Part shown: piece after piece, positions 18,238-28,753 of the stretch | Numbering within the stretch: the first letter of the stretch is position 1 | Layout of the letters: each line of letters starts with the position of its first letter | NCBI GenBank assembly: GCA_045635225.1 | Contig: JAZRBV010000014.1 | Span: forward strand, 3,544 to 67,543 | From: Eubacteriales bacterium | GTDB lineage: Bacteria; Bacillota; Clostridia; Oscillospirales; CAG-272 | Direction: 5' to 3' | Length of the DNA: 64,000 bases | Translations under genes and position numbers: made by a program | The notes under the pieces: generated by a model | The model's input: only the letters and a program-made list of their open reading frames with translations | Databases searched by the model: none | Told to the model about the DNA's origin: nothing

Positions 18238-21141
18238 GTGATACAAAAAAGAGTAAAAAACCGCAAAAAACCAACCTTCAATCTGATCCTGACCGCCTCG
18301 GCGCTCGCATTTCTCATACTCTTCTACGTCGTTATGAACGCCATTATCGGCGCCGGCGGCAACGGTGAGGGTGGGGCAAGTGGCGGCGAGCGGCTCGAGA
18401 TCATTGACGGCGAATCCTACTACGGCAACAACCGTATAGCATACCCCTACTTCTCCGAGCAGAGCATTCAGTCTATCGTCGTAAGCTATCGCGATGACGA
18501 GGACGTGAAGCAGAAGTTTATGATCTCCCGCCCCGATTCCAAGTCGAGCTTCGTATTCTATTACAGCGATAAAAACGGAGATATGATAAAGTACGCTCCG
18601 CCGATATGCACCGAGGAGTACGATTTCGACTACTCCGAGCTCTACGCGATAGAGTCCTCGGACGGACTTAATCTCTTCAAGCTCAACTATCTTGCCGCCG
18701 CACTCGGCGTCCTCTACTTCCACGAGAGGATACCGCTCTCCGAGAATACTACGGAGCGCGCGGCACAGCTCAACCGCTACGGTCTCAACGACGAGGATAA
18801 AGAGGGAATCTCTATTACCTATACCGATAAGGACGGTAAAGAGAAGACCAACGTTATCTACGTCGGCGATAAGCTTATTACCGGTACCGGTCACTACTTT
18901 ATGATAGAGGGCCGCGAGTACGTTTACAACACAATTTCCAACAATCTCGATTACGCCCTCGACGGCTTCATTCCGTTCTTGCATAGCCGCCTCGTTTCCA
19001 AGGGCCTATCGAATGACAGCACCTACGAGCCCTACCTCACCACCGACTATAAGCAGTGGAAAAACGTGGTCTACAAGACTAGCGGCACTCTCGTAAAGGA
19101 CGACTCGAGGGTCGTTATCACGGCAGATCTTCTGACTCCTCTTCATAAGGAGCTTATAGACACCGCGGGACTCTACGCGAGGACGGGATATACGCAGATC
19201 TCTATGGATCTCGCAAGACTGAAGGGCAACCGTATGTTCCGACCGATAGTGAACTCGCTTCTCGCGGGTAAGCTCGGCACGCTTGAGAACGGCGGCAGCA
19301 CCTGGACCGTTGTATCCAACACCAACGTTGCAACCCTCGGTGTGACCTACTCCTACGCTATCAGCGAGATATGCTCGGTATTCAACGACGGAGCCGATAT
19401 CGACGCGCCCGGCACACCCGTCGGCGACTACAGATACGTGAAGGTGCGCTACGACTACACCTACGAGAGCGAGGGTGAGGTAAAGACCTACTTTACCTAC
19501 GGCATCGTGGACCTTAAGAGTGACGGTGCAACCGTACCCGATGACGTTATAGAGAAGCTTCGTGCGGCTAAGGTCGGCGAGCTCGATTCCCCCATAACCT
19601 TTAGCACGGCTTACGATAAGGATAACACCGACTCCTACGACGTCGAGTACGTTATCGACAACATCACCCTTATTTTGAAGTTTGATGAGAACGGTAAGGA
19701 GATAAAGCACTCCACGGTGCAAAGCGACTCTATCGTCAGCTTCACCTATTACTACCGCATGGACGGCGAGGCTATCAGCGACCCCGAGTCCAACACCGTC
19801 GATCTCTCGAAGATCACGGATACCTCGTCTAACGACTACAAGATCAAGGAAAAGCTCCTCGGTAAGTCGGTCGGCAACGGCCTCGGTATCGTCGGCTACA
19901 CCGACACGATGCACTGTCAGGTAATATCCGGCTTTAACGCCTACGACGTGCGCAGTATCGATTACTTCGTTACGAGTGAGCCTATAGTTTCCTTCAAATT
20001 CGTCAACGCCTCCGAGAGGGACGTATTCTACGGCGAATCCCTTTATATCAACACGGTGACCGGTCCCAACCGATACTACGGCCTCAACTCCTCTGCATGT
20101 GAGTCGACGGTCAGACTTCTCGGCGGTATCAACGCGGACTCCTCCTCCACGCTCTCTATGGGCCTCGTCGGCAGTGAGACGGTGGCGGTGGGTCTTACTC
20201 CCGAGAATATGGAGGAATACGGTCTCTATGCGAATACCATCTACTTCGAGCTCCCGAGAAATATCATCGTACACTCGTCGGGCAGTGATAATACCGTCGA
20301 CGATTTCGGCTACACCGACAAGCTCGCCTTCACTCTCTACGTTAGTGACGAGCGCACCGACGGCACGAGATATATCGGCTCGGATATGTACGACATTATA
20401 GTAAAGATCGACGGCGCGCGCTTCAAGTACCTCGATATGAGCTTCGTCGAGTATTGGGCGAGAAGAAACATCGCGAGCGTCAACTATTCCGAGATCGAGA
20501 GCATGACCTTCGACTTCTTTATGGAGGACGTATACGGCAGTTATCATCTCGACGTTGAGCACGAGGATACCTGGATCGTGGGCGGTGAGCTCGTCACCGA
20601 GCAGCCCGAGAATGGCGGTCAGGAGTACGATAAGATCACCGTCAGAGCGCGCATTACCTCTGAGGAGGCGAGCGAGACTCTCCTGAAGCGCCTGCTCGGC
20701 GAGCTCGACCGCGACTCGGTCATGATCTCCACCGTATATTCCGAGGCAAAGGGCTCCGATACCGTTGTGATGGACGGCTACGATACCCTCGGCAGCTCTA
20801 ACTTCAAGGAGCTTCTGAGCCTTATTTACAGCACCTACTACCAGGGCATACTCACTCCCGAGGAGCAGGCAGAGGCGTTCAAGAGTGCACCTCTCCTTAT
20901 GCGTATGTCGTTTGACGTGCCGGCATCAAGTGCCTACTCCTACGTTTATGAATTCTACCGCATCGACGACCGCAGAGTTATGGTTTCTATCTTCAAGGAC
21001 TCCTCGAGCGGCGAGATAGGTAGGGTATCCGATTTCTATCTCACCACCTTTGCATTCAAAAAGCTGGTCAGAAATTACGTTGAGCTTATGAATGGAGTTG
21101 AGCTTAACGTCGATCTCGGATACAGACCCGAAACTAACTGA
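18238..21141 (+). CDS. Large membrane-anchored protein, probably DUF4340-like (repeated domain)
   Basis: N-terminal TM helix. LNRYGL...YVGDKLITGTGHYFM recurs as MEEYGL...YVSDERTDGTRY. Position at the end of a Gld-like operon is typical. Confidence 0.6.
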   Translation: MIQKRVKNRKKPTFNLILTASALAFLILFYVVMNAIIGAGGNGEGGASGGERLEIIDGESYYGNNRIAYPYFSEQSIQSIVVSYRDDEDVKQKFMISRPDSKSSFVFYYSDKNGDMIKYAPPICTEEYDFDYSELYAIESSDGLNLFKLNYLAAALGVLYFHERIPLSENTTERAAQLNRYGLNDEDKEGISITYTDKDGKEKTNVIYVGDKLITGTGHYFMIEGREYVYNTISNNLDYALDGFIPFLHSRLVSKGLSNDSTYEPYLTTDYKQWKNVVYKTSGTLVKDDSRVVITADLLTPLHKELIDTAGLYARTGYTQISMDLARLKGNRMFRPIVNSLLAGKLGTLENGGSTWTVVSNTNVATLGVTYSYAISEICSVFNDGADIDAPGTPVGDYRYVKVRYDYTYESEGEVKTYFTYGIVDLKSDGATVPDDVIEKLRAAKVGELDSPITFSTAYDKDNTDSYDVEYVIDNITLILKFDENGKEIKHSTVQSDSIVSFTYYYRMDGEAISDPESNTVDLSKITDTSSNDYKIKEKLLGKSVGNGLGIVGYTDTMHCQVISGFNAYDVRSIDYFVTSEPIVSFKFVNASERDVFYGESLYINTVTGPNRYYGLNSSACESTVRLLGGINADSSSTLSMGLVGSETVAVGLTPENMEEYGLYANTIYFELPRNIIVHSSGSDNTVDDFGYTDKLAFTLYVSDERTDGTRYIGSDMYDIIVKIDGARFKYLDMSFVEYWARRNIASVNYSEIESMTFDFFMEDVYGSYHLDVEHEDTWIVGGELVTEQPENGGQEYDKITVRARITSEEASETLLKRLLGELDRDSVMISTVYSEAKGSDTVVMDGYDTLGSSNFKELLSLIYSTYYQGILTPEEQAEAFKSAPLLMRMSFDVPASSAYSYVYEFYRIDDRRVMVSIFKDSSSGEIGRVSDFYLTTFAFKKLVRNYVELMNGVELNVDLGYRPETN

Positions 21142-21352
21142 AATATCTTAAATAAGTAAACTGTAGTTTACAAAAACGCGTATTTTGACAACCGATAAGC
21201 GCATCAGCCGAATGGAAGTCGGAGCGCAATTATCTCTATAATACACTAGAGTACCGATCGGTGCGGGTACGGCACTTACCCGCGCCGCGGACTCCTTTTG
21301 TGAAGGCTGTATTACATAAAATAAAATTTATTTAAAAATATTAAAAAAACAT

Positions 21353-21381
21353 TTGCATTTTTTGAACCTTTGTGCTATAAT
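21353..21381 (+). promoter_or_regulatory. Sigma-A promoter TTGCAT-N17-TATAAT (extended -10)
   Basis: Motifs at 21353-21358 and 21376-21381. Confidence 0.7.
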
Positions 21382-21450
21382 ATCTATGTTTAAGACAATG
21401 ACGCGCACAGCGCGTTGGCTTTTAATAAAACTTTTGTAAGGAAGAAAGAC

Positions 21451-23883
21451 ATGAAAAAGAGAATTATTGCCCTGATCCTCGCACTTGTTATGGCAGTTCT
21501 CGCTCTCGCATCCTGCGGTAGCGCGTTCAGCTTTGCGGATGAGGATCTCAGCCAGTACGCAACCTTTGATCTTGCGGCATTTGAGGAAGCACTCCAAAAG
21601 CTCGAGATCGAGGACGGTGATTTCACCACCGATGAAACAGTAAGAGCCAGAAAGGTGCAGAATAAGATCTACGCCGCTCTCGTATCCGCTATCACCGGAA
21701 CCGTTGAGGACGATGAGAAGCTCGAGGAGGGAACTCTTTCCGACCGTGACGTAGTATACTTCTGCTACTACACCACTCTCGAGAAGGATGGAAAGACCTA
21801 CGTATTCAGCTCCTCCGAGATGAATAAGGCAACCGTTACCACCGGTAGCACCAAGGACAGCCACCTTGTTAAGATGGCTATCGTTGATCTTCAGGACGAG
21901 GATGCCGACGAGCTCCAGAAGAAGCTCAAGGAGGCTTTCGCCGGTGTCGACGTTACCGATATGATCTACTCCACCACCTCTACCAAGAACAAGGTGGTCA
22001 AGACCGGTGTCGTATTCAAGAAGGACGCTAATGACAAGCTTACCGACGAGGTAGAGAAGTACGAGGATGGCGACACCATCGTTATTTCCTACACCAGAGA
22101 GTACGTTGTCAACGAGATAAAGATGAAGGACGGCAAGCCCGTAATTGCTACCGACGATACCAAGGAGGAGAACAAGGTTCTCGCTAAGGATGAGGACGGC
22201 AACGTTATCAAGGACGATAACGGCAACGACGTTTACTACGAGACCGAGGCTGTTCCCTACAAGGAGACCGCTCTCTACGAGACTATCACTCTTAACGGCG
22301 AGTCCGACGACGCTCTTGCAAGGCTTCTTACTGACAAGAAGGCTGTAGTTAAGGTTGGCAACAACGTTAAGTACGACGGCAAAGAGAAGTTCGACGTTAT
22401 CGAGGATGGCACAACCTACACCTACTCCGCAGTTAACGTAAAGTGGATCGTTGACGAGGCAGGCGCTTCCGTTACCTTCAAGCACACTCCTTACGAAAAA
22501 GACGATAAGGAGACCAAGGTAGAGGCAGACAACCTCCACAGCAGCACTGCCGAGAAGATCAAGCTTAACGGCGAGGAGCTTACCTACCACGTATTCCCCG
22601 TATATTACCTCTCCGTGCCCGAGATCAGCGCGACCAGCATCGTTAAGGAGATCCTCGGCAAGAATATCGCAACTACATCCCTCGAGATCTTCGAGGACGA
22701 GACCTATAAGAACGGCGACGAGACCCTCGCTAATATGATCGGCGTGCTCTCCATGATCTGGAGCGGCAAGTACGACGAGGAGTCTGACGACGCTACCATC
22801 AAGAACCTCATCGCTCTTAAGAAGACCTATACCGACCTCGAGGAGGAGTATGACGGCTCCGACGGAAACGAGGAGCTCGGCGATCGCGTTGACGCAGCCG
22901 AGAAGGCTTGGAAGGACGCTATCGCAAAGGCTAAGGACGATCAGATCTCAAAGCTTCTTGCGGCTACCTCCACCACCGAGGGTGCTAAGAGCATGTCCGA
23001 TGCTATTCTTGAGGAGTACAAGGATAACGCTTACCACTCTCTTAAGGAGTCGTATGACGCAGATATCGTTGAGAAGGTAGGTCAGGCTATCTACGGTCTT
23101 ATCGAGAAGCACGTTACCCTCACCGGTAAGTATCCCGAGGATCTTCTTGAGGATTATTACGATCACCTCTACGAGAGCTACGAGTACGACTTCTACAAGG
23201 GCTACGTTGACGACACTCAGTCCAAGGGCTCTAACTACAAGGAGTACGGCGGCGACTTCAACGCATTCCTTCTTAAGGAGACCGGCGCTAAGGATAACTT
23301 CGGCGGCGATATCGAGAAGGCTATCTATGCAGAGGCTAAGTCCTATCTCGATCCCATCATCAGAATCTACGTTGTAGCTAAGGCATACGAGGCAAAGGCT
23401 GTTGCAGCTCTTCCCGGATTCCTCGAGGCTGACATCGCCGCAGGCGTATACAACGCAGATTATGAGGACGATGCTACCGATGACGAGAAGAAGGAAGCAG
23501 ACGATAAGGCGGCAGAGAACATCGCTGAGCTTCGTGAGAATATCACCAAGTTCCTTGTTACCGACGAGGTATTCGACGACTATAAGAAGGATCTCGGTAA
23601 GGTAACCTACAAGGATATGGAGAAGAGATACGGCGAGATCAACATCCGCACCGCTCTTCAGTTCACCAGACTCTTCTACTACTTCACCTGCACCGACGTT
23701 GAGAAGCCCGACGATCACGTTGAGATCAAGTACACCGCGGACGGTAAGCTCTCCTTCAGAACCGTAGCCTATACCATCAAGGTTGAGGATACCACTACTG
23801 ACGGCGACAGCACCACCAACGGTGACGGTGCTACCGACGGTAACGGCGCAACTGACGATAACGGTGCAACCGACGGCAACTGA
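21451..23883 (+). CDS. Acidic lipoprotein, possibly trigger-factor-like
   Basis: Lipoprotein signal MKKRIIALILALVMAVLALASC, RDVVYFCYY resembling the FKBP first strand, a helical C-terminal part, and a C-terminal NGATD repeat tail. Confidence 0.6.
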   Translation: MKKRIIALILALVMAVLALASCGSAFSFADEDLSQYATFDLAAFEEALQKLEIEDGDFTTDETVRARKVQNKIYAALVSAITGTVEDDEKLEEGTLSDRDVVYFCYYTTLEKDGKTYVFSSSEMNKATVTTGSTKDSHLVKMAIVDLQDEDADELQKKLKEAFAGVDVTDMIYSTTSTKNKVVKTGVVFKKDANDKLTDEVEKYEDGDTIVISYTREYVVNEIKMKDGKPVIATDDTKEENKVLAKDEDGNVIKDDNGNDVYYETEAVPYKETALYETITLNGESDDALARLLTDKKAVVKVGNNVKYDGKEKFDVIEDGTTYTYSAVNVKWIVDEAGASVTFKHTPYEKDDKETKVEADNLHSSTAEKIKLNGEELTYHVFPVYYLSVPEISATSIVKEILGKNIATTSLEIFEDETYKNGDETLANMIGVLSMIWSGKYDEESDDATIKNLIALKKTYTDLEEEYDGSDGNEELGDRVDAAEKAWKDAIAKAKDDQISKLLAATSTTEGAKSMSDAILEEYKDNAYHSLKESYDADIVEKVGQAIYGLIEKHVTLTGKYPEDLLEDYYDHLYESYEYDFYKGYVDDTQSKGSNYKEYGGDFNAFLLKETGAKDNFGGDIEKAIYAEAKSYLDPIIRIYVVAKAYEAKAVAALPGFLEADIAAGVYNADYEDDATDDEKKEADDKAAENIAELRENITKFLVTDEVFDDYKKDLGKVTYKDMEKRYGEINIRTALQFTRLFYYFTCTDVEKPDDHVEIKYTADGKLSFRTVAYTIKVEDTTTDGDSTTNGDGATDGNGATDDNGATDGN

Positions 23884-23918
23884 TCGCGTCTTACCCGTAA
23901 CCGAAATAAACTACTGAC

Positions 23919-23957
23919 GGGAGCCGGCTCTGATAATTTACGAGCCGGCTCTCTTTT
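23919..23957 (+). terminator. Intrinsic terminator
   Basis: gagccggctc-N11-gagccggctc (self-complementary arms) followed by tctttt. Confidence 0.7.
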
Positions 23958-24018
23958 ATAAAACGGCGTGCCGCGAGCTATCGCGGTGCGAATGATATCT
24001 TACCGAAAGGATGAGGCT

Positions 24019-24486
24019 ATGAAGGCTGTTCAATTATATACCGACGGTGCCTGCCGAGGCAATCCCGGTCCGGGCGGTTGGGGAGCGATCCTCGTTTACG
24101 GTAAGTATGAAAAGGAACTGTCGGGCGGCGAGGCAGAGACCACGAACAACCGTATGGAGCTGCTCGCGGCGATCTCGGGACTCTCGGCTCTGCGCGAGAG
24201 CTGTGAGGTCACGCTCTACTCCGACTCGAAATATCTGGTCGACGCCTATACCAAGGGTTGGGTCGTCGGCTGGCGTGCCTCAGGCTGGAGACGCGGCAGG
24301 GAGGAACTAAAAAACCCCGATCTGTGGGAACGCCTATGGGAGCTCACAGAGAGACACCGTGTCACGTTCATCTGGGTGAAGGGGCACAACGGCCACAGCT
24401 ACAACGAGAGGTGCGATGCGCTCGCTACGGCGTTTGCCGACTCCTACTCGGAGGCGAAGGCTAACTTCCCCGACGCCTTTGCGTGA
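24019..24486 (+). CDS. rnhA: Ribonuclease HI
   Basis: [34 protein letters not shown] and NERCD.LA. Confidence 0.96.
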   Translation: MKAVQLYTDGACRGNPGPGGWGAILVYGKYEKELSGGEAETTNNRMELLAAISGLSALRESCEVTLYSDSKYLVDAYTKGWVVGWRASGWRRGREELKNPDLWERLWELTERHRVTFIWVKGHNGHSYNERCDALATAFADSYSEAKANFPDAFA

Positions 24487-24526
24487 AGCGGCTATTCTTC
24501 ATTTATATTTATAAAGGAAAACGAAA

Positions 24527-26374
24527 ATGGGCAAAAAAAATAAACAGACGAATGCGCCCCGCTCCGATAAGCCTATCGGAGTGAGCATGAAGGGATCTCG
24601 GAAAAACGCACCGAAGCAGGGCGTTCTCCCCGCAGATGACGTCATAAAACCGAAAAGGCAGATCGACAGTGGCAGGATCGCCGTGATCGTAACCGCCGCC
24701 ATCGTTGCGGTGGTACTCATCGTCGGTGCCGTGTTCTGGGCGGTCGACGCCTACCGAAGCGACGAAAACTTTGATTATCTCAGATCGAATCTATCGAGAT
24801 ACGTCGAGTTCAGCGCCGAGGATTACAGGAATTATTCCCTGAATATTGATATCGCTCGCCCGCACGTAAAGCGTGCGGACGGTACCGGAGTCAGTGACGT
24901 CGAGGTAGCGATACTCTCGATGATAGCCTCCGATATGCCCGAGTCGGCAGTTGACGGCTCTATGCGCCGCTCGATCTCGATAGCACCCGGCGATGCGATC
25001 TACGTATGGTACAGATGCTATATCCTTGACGCCGACGGTAAGGAGGTCGAGGTCAGCTCAAACTTCTCGAGCACTCTCGATCAGGTGACTGCGGATACGA
25101 ACAAGGTCACCGTCGGCTCCAACGACTTCCCGCCCGGTATCGAGGTGGGACTGATAGGCAAGAAGGCGGAGGACTATCCCGAGTTCAAGAAGATCACCGA
25201 GGGCACCGTTACGGCACAGCACGTCGTATACCTCGATTACACGAGGGTTCGCTCTGATATCGAGGGCGCATCCAAAACCTCGAGAGTCGGCTTCAGACTC
25301 GATCTCTCCGACCCCGACGTCTACGCACTCTGGGGTGAGACACTCGTCGGTCAGCAGATCGGCGGCGAGGATGCGATGAGCTTCGATCTCACCATCGACG
25401 GCAAGCCTTATCACTACACCGATACCAAGGTATCCTTCGTCACCGATTTTGAAAACGATACCGAGGCAGGACCCCTCGTCATCGAGGGCTATTATCCCTA
25501 CGATTATACCTATTCCTCGCTCCGCAACGAGACGGTCTACTACGAGATGTATATTCAGGGCACCGTAGCCTACAACCCCTGGCACAAGGATAATGCCGGC
25601 AGTGACTACGATATCTCCTACGATTGGAACGACGAATACGTTACGAAGAAGGTTTCTGATAGCAACAGTCCCATCACGATGGACGAGCTGCTCGCATTCG
25701 ACGGCGATACCCTCACCGAAAAATACGAGAGCTATGCCGTGAAGTATCTCGACGATGCCTACAACGAGGCGCTCCGCGCGAAGATAGAGACCGCTATGTG
25801 GTCGAGATATCACGAGCTCGCGAAGATAAAGAGATATCCCGGCATCAAGGTCAACGCCGTGTATGAGCAGTATCTCAAGGACGTTGAGGCTCAGTACGAG
25901 TATAATGGCGGTATGATAACCGACAGCCTGACGGGTGAGGAAAAGCTCGCCGAGAGCTACGATGAGTTTGCTATCCACTATCTCGGTCTGCAGTATCAGG
26001 AGGAACCGGATTGGAAGGGCACGCTCTACACGATGTCGGAGAGCCTTGTCGCCGAGCGACTCATCTTCTACTACATTATGGACGAGGAGGGGCTGAAGCC
26101 CACCGATGAGGTGTTCGAGGCGAGATTTGCCGAGATCAAGCAGGAATATCTCGACGAGTATCTGGAGCAGTACCTCGCATATCAGAATAAGACCAAAGAG
26201 GATATCGAGGATTGGGATAAATTCGTCGAGGAAAGAAAGGCTGAGATCTTCGGCACCTACGACGACGATTTCTTCACCGAGACTACCTATTACGAAATAG
26301 TGCTCGACACCCTCGTGACCTATCCCACGGTAGTGACGCTCGACGAGCGCCGCGCATATCCCGCCACTAAATAG
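24527..26374 (+). CDS. Membrane-anchored trigger-factor-like protein (FKBP-like plus Trigger_C-like)
   Basis: One TM helix near the N-terminus. GDAIYVWY...TVGSNDFPPGIEVGLIG is FKBP-like and ERLIFYYIMDEEGLKPTDE is TF C-terminal-like. Confidence 0.7.
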   Translation: MGKKNKQTNAPRSDKPIGVSMKGSRKNAPKQGVLPADDVIKPKRQIDSGRIAVIVTAAIVAVVLIVGAVFWAVDAYRSDENFDYLRSNLSRYVEFSAEDYRNYSLNIDIARPHVKRADGTGVSDVEVAILSMIASDMPESAVDGSMRRSISIAPGDAIYVWYRCYILDADGKEVEVSSNFSSTLDQVTADTNKVTVGSNDFPPGIEVGLIGKKAEDYPEFKKITEGTVTAQHVVYLDYTRVRSDIEGASKTSRVGFRLDLSDPDVYALWGETLVGQQIGGEDAMSFDLTIDGKPYHYTDTKVSFVTDFENDTEAGPLVIEGYYPYDYTYSSLRNETVYYEMYIQGTVAYNPWHKDNAGSDYDISYDWNDEYVTKKVSDSNSPITMDELLAFDGDTLTEKYESYAVKYLDDAYNEALRAKIETAMWSRYHELAKIKRYPGIKVNAVYEQYLKDVEAQYEYNGGMITDSLTGEEKLAESYDEFAIHYLGLQYQEEPDWKGTLYTMSESLVAERLIFYYIMDEEGLKPTDEVFEARFAEIKQEYLDEYLEQYLAYQNKTKEDIEDWDKFVEERKAEIFGTYDDDFFTETTYYEIVLDTLVTYPTVVTLDERRAYPATK

Positions 26375-26403
26375 TAGTTCGGAAAAATATCCACATAACA
26401 AAG

Positions 26404-26452
26404 AAAAATCCGTGAATTTGCTAAGTAAAGTTAGCATTTTCGCGGATTTTTT
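26404..26452. terminator. Bidirectional terminator between convergent genes
   Basis: Inverted repeat aaaaatccg(t/c)gaa...ttcgcggattttt. Confidence 0.65.
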
Positions 26453-26513
26453 TATTGATAATCGGTGAAGTTAAGATGTGACTAAATTATTTTTTAAGTA
26501 TTGCGCGGATAAA

Positions 26514-27449
26514 TTACTGCTCCGATCTCGGCTTATAGTTGAGGAGGAATATTCCCGAGCTGACGAGGAGTAGAGTGATGATTATATTGAGGGGCTTTGT
26601 GCCGCTCGACTCCGAGAGCATGATCTCCGAGAGAATAGTTCCGAATATAGGAGTCGTGAAGCTGAATACGGTGACGCGTGAGACGGGGTTGAACTTGAGG
26701 AGCAGTCCCCAGAGCGCGTATGCGACAGCCGAGAGCGCCGCGAGGTAGAGAAGCACGCCGACGGCGCCTGGGGAATTCACTACAATTCTGCCTCCGAGCG
26801 AGAAGCCGAGTATTACGAGAAAGATGCCGCCGACGATGAACTGATAACCGCTGATGAGGACGGGATCCTCGTATTTCGAGAATTTCTTCATAAACACCGA
26901 CGAGGTCGCCAGAGCTATTGCCGAGAAGATGACGAAGCCATCGCCGAGGAAGTTCATCGTGAGCTCGAGACCGTTGAGGTTGACGAGCACGATTCCGGCG
27001 AAGCCGAGGACGCAGGCTACGATCTTCTTTACCGTGAGCTTCTCCTGACGGAAGATGAGGCTTGCGATCAACACGCCGAAGAACGCCGACGAGCCGCTCG
27101 CGATGGTGCCCTTAACGCCGGTGGTATTCTGCAGACCGACGTAGAAGAATATGTACTGCAATACTGTTTGGAAGAGGCTGACGAGGAGTATGCGAGGCGC
27201 ATTTTTGATCTGCGGTACGAGGACCTTTCGCCTCGCGACGCTGTATATCAGCACCGTGAGCAGACCCGCGATAGCAAATCTCACACCTGCAAAAAGTATC
27301 GTGGAGGAGACGTTGCGCTCGGGCATCATCAGCTCGTAGCCGGTCTTGATGAACGGAGTCGCGCTACCCCAGAGGGCACAGCAGAGGAGTGCTGTCAGCG
27401 TTATGACGAGCGGGTGGGTGAATATGCTTTTTTTCGTGTCTTGTATCAT
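26514..27449 (-). CDS. DMT (EamA) family transporter
   Basis: About 10 TM helices, LWGSATPFIK and RFAIAG. Start trimmed to MIQDTKK. Confidence 0.88.
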   Translation of the reverse strand: MIQDTKKSIFTHPLVITLTALLCCALWGSATPFIKTGYELMMPERNVSSTILFAGVRFAIAGLLTVLIYSVARRKVLVPQIKNAPRILLVSLFQTVLQYIFFYVGLQNTTGVKGTIASGSSAFFGVLIASLIFRQEKLTVKKIVACVLGFAGIVLVNLNGLELTMNFLGDGFVIFSAIALATSSVFMKKFSKYEDPVLISGYQFIVGGIFLVILGFSLGGRIVVNSPGAVGVLLYLAALSAVAYALWGLLLKFNPVSRVTVFSFTTPIFGTILSEIMLSESSGTKPLNIIITLLLVSSGIFLLNYKPRSEQ

Positions 27450-27684
27450 TTCTATACTGCCTTTACTTGTCGTTATACGCGCCGATGGGGCGATGCCGCT
27501 CGGTCGCTTATCTATTATAACCGAAACCGACCGTAAAGTCAAGTGCGGCGCGCGGATTTGTTTTCGGGCACGCGGATTTGTTTTTTGACCGTACACGTAA
27601 AAAGTGTTGACATCGCCGAGTCTTGGTGATAATATATATAATAATAAATGAAGAAAGGGTCGGTGCGACTCGGGAGGTGCGGAT

Positions 27685-28608
27685 ATGATATACGGAAGCG
27701 GTGAGGAGTTGGTTGGCAGGACTCCGATGTTAGAGATATCGGAGCTTGAGGGAGAGCTCGGACTTAAGGCAAAGATATATTTGAAGCTCGAGTGCTTCAG
27801 CCTCACGGGGTCGATAAAGGACCGTGCGGCGCTGGGGATGCTCAATGATGCCGAATCTCGCGGACTCTTGTGTCGCGGTGCGACTATAATCGAGCCGACG
27901 AGCGGTAATACGGGAATCGGTCTTGCCGCGGTCGGTGTGCCGCGTGGCTACCGTGTGATCATCGTAATGCCCGACAGTATGTCCGAGGAACGTATTCAGC
28001 TGATGCGCGCCTATGGCGCGGAGGTCGTGCTTACCCCCGGAGCGCTCGGTATGCAGGGGGCGATAGACAGAGCGCGAGAGATGGCAGAGAAAATTGATGG
28101 CGCGTTTATCCCATCGCAGTTTGAGAACACCGCAAATGCCGATGCGCATTATGCGACGACGGCACCCGAGATATACGCCGATCTCGACGGCAGAGTGGAT
28201 ATGATAGTTGCCGGCATCGGCACCGGCGGCACGGCTACCGGCATTGGCAGATATTTTAAGGAGCTGTCACCGAATACGCATATCGTCGGAGTTGAGCCTG
28301 CCGACTCCCCCGTCCTGACCGAGGGAAGATCGGGGGCGCATAAAATACAGGGCATCGGTGCGGGATTTGTTCCTGCGGTGCTCGATACGTCCGTCGTCGA
28401 TGAGGTCGTGACGGTTACCGCGGAGGATGCGTACGCAGCTGTGCGACTGCTTGCACGCAGGATGGGAATACTCGTCGGAGTCTCCTCCGGAGCCGCTCTT
28501 GCGGTTGCAATAGAGCTTGCAAAAAGGGATGAAAATGCGGACAAAAGAATAGTCGCAATACTTCCCGACAGCGGATCGAGATACCTATCTACGCCCGATC
28601 TGTTTTGA
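27685..28608 (+). CDS. cysK: Cysteine synthase A
   Basis: GSIKDR PLP lysine, EPTSGNTGIGLA, GIGTGGT and HKIQGIGAGF. Confidence 0.95.
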   Translation: MIYGSGEELVGRTPMLEISELEGELGLKAKIYLKLECFSLTGSIKDRAALGMLNDAESRGLLCRGATIIEPTSGNTGIGLAAVGVPRGYRVIIVMPDSMSEERIQLMRAYGAEVVLTPGALGMQGAIDRAREMAEKIDGAFIPSQFENTANADAHYATTAPEIYADLDGRVDMIVAGIGTGGTATGIGRYFKELSPNTHIVGVEPADSPVLTEGRSGAHKIQGIGAGFVPAVLDTSVVDEVVTVTAEDAYAAVRLLARRMGILVGVSSGAALAVAIELAKRDENADKRIVAILPDSGSRYLSTPDLF

Positions 28609-28668
28609 TAATACCAAGTGATATTTTTTAAATTCCACACGCAGCGAGATACTGTTAAATATAACAAA

Positions 28669-28708
28669 AACGCGATATTTGTAATGTTAAGTTTACAAAT
28701 ATCGCGTT
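28669..28708. terminator. Bidirectional terminator/hairpin between cysK and the acetyltransferase gene
   Basis: 16-bp perfect stem aacgcgatatttgtaa / ttacaaatatcgcgtt. Confidence 0.7.
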
Positions 28709-28753
28709 CTAGCTTGCGAAATACTACTTATTTGGATTTTTAAAAATAAAAAG

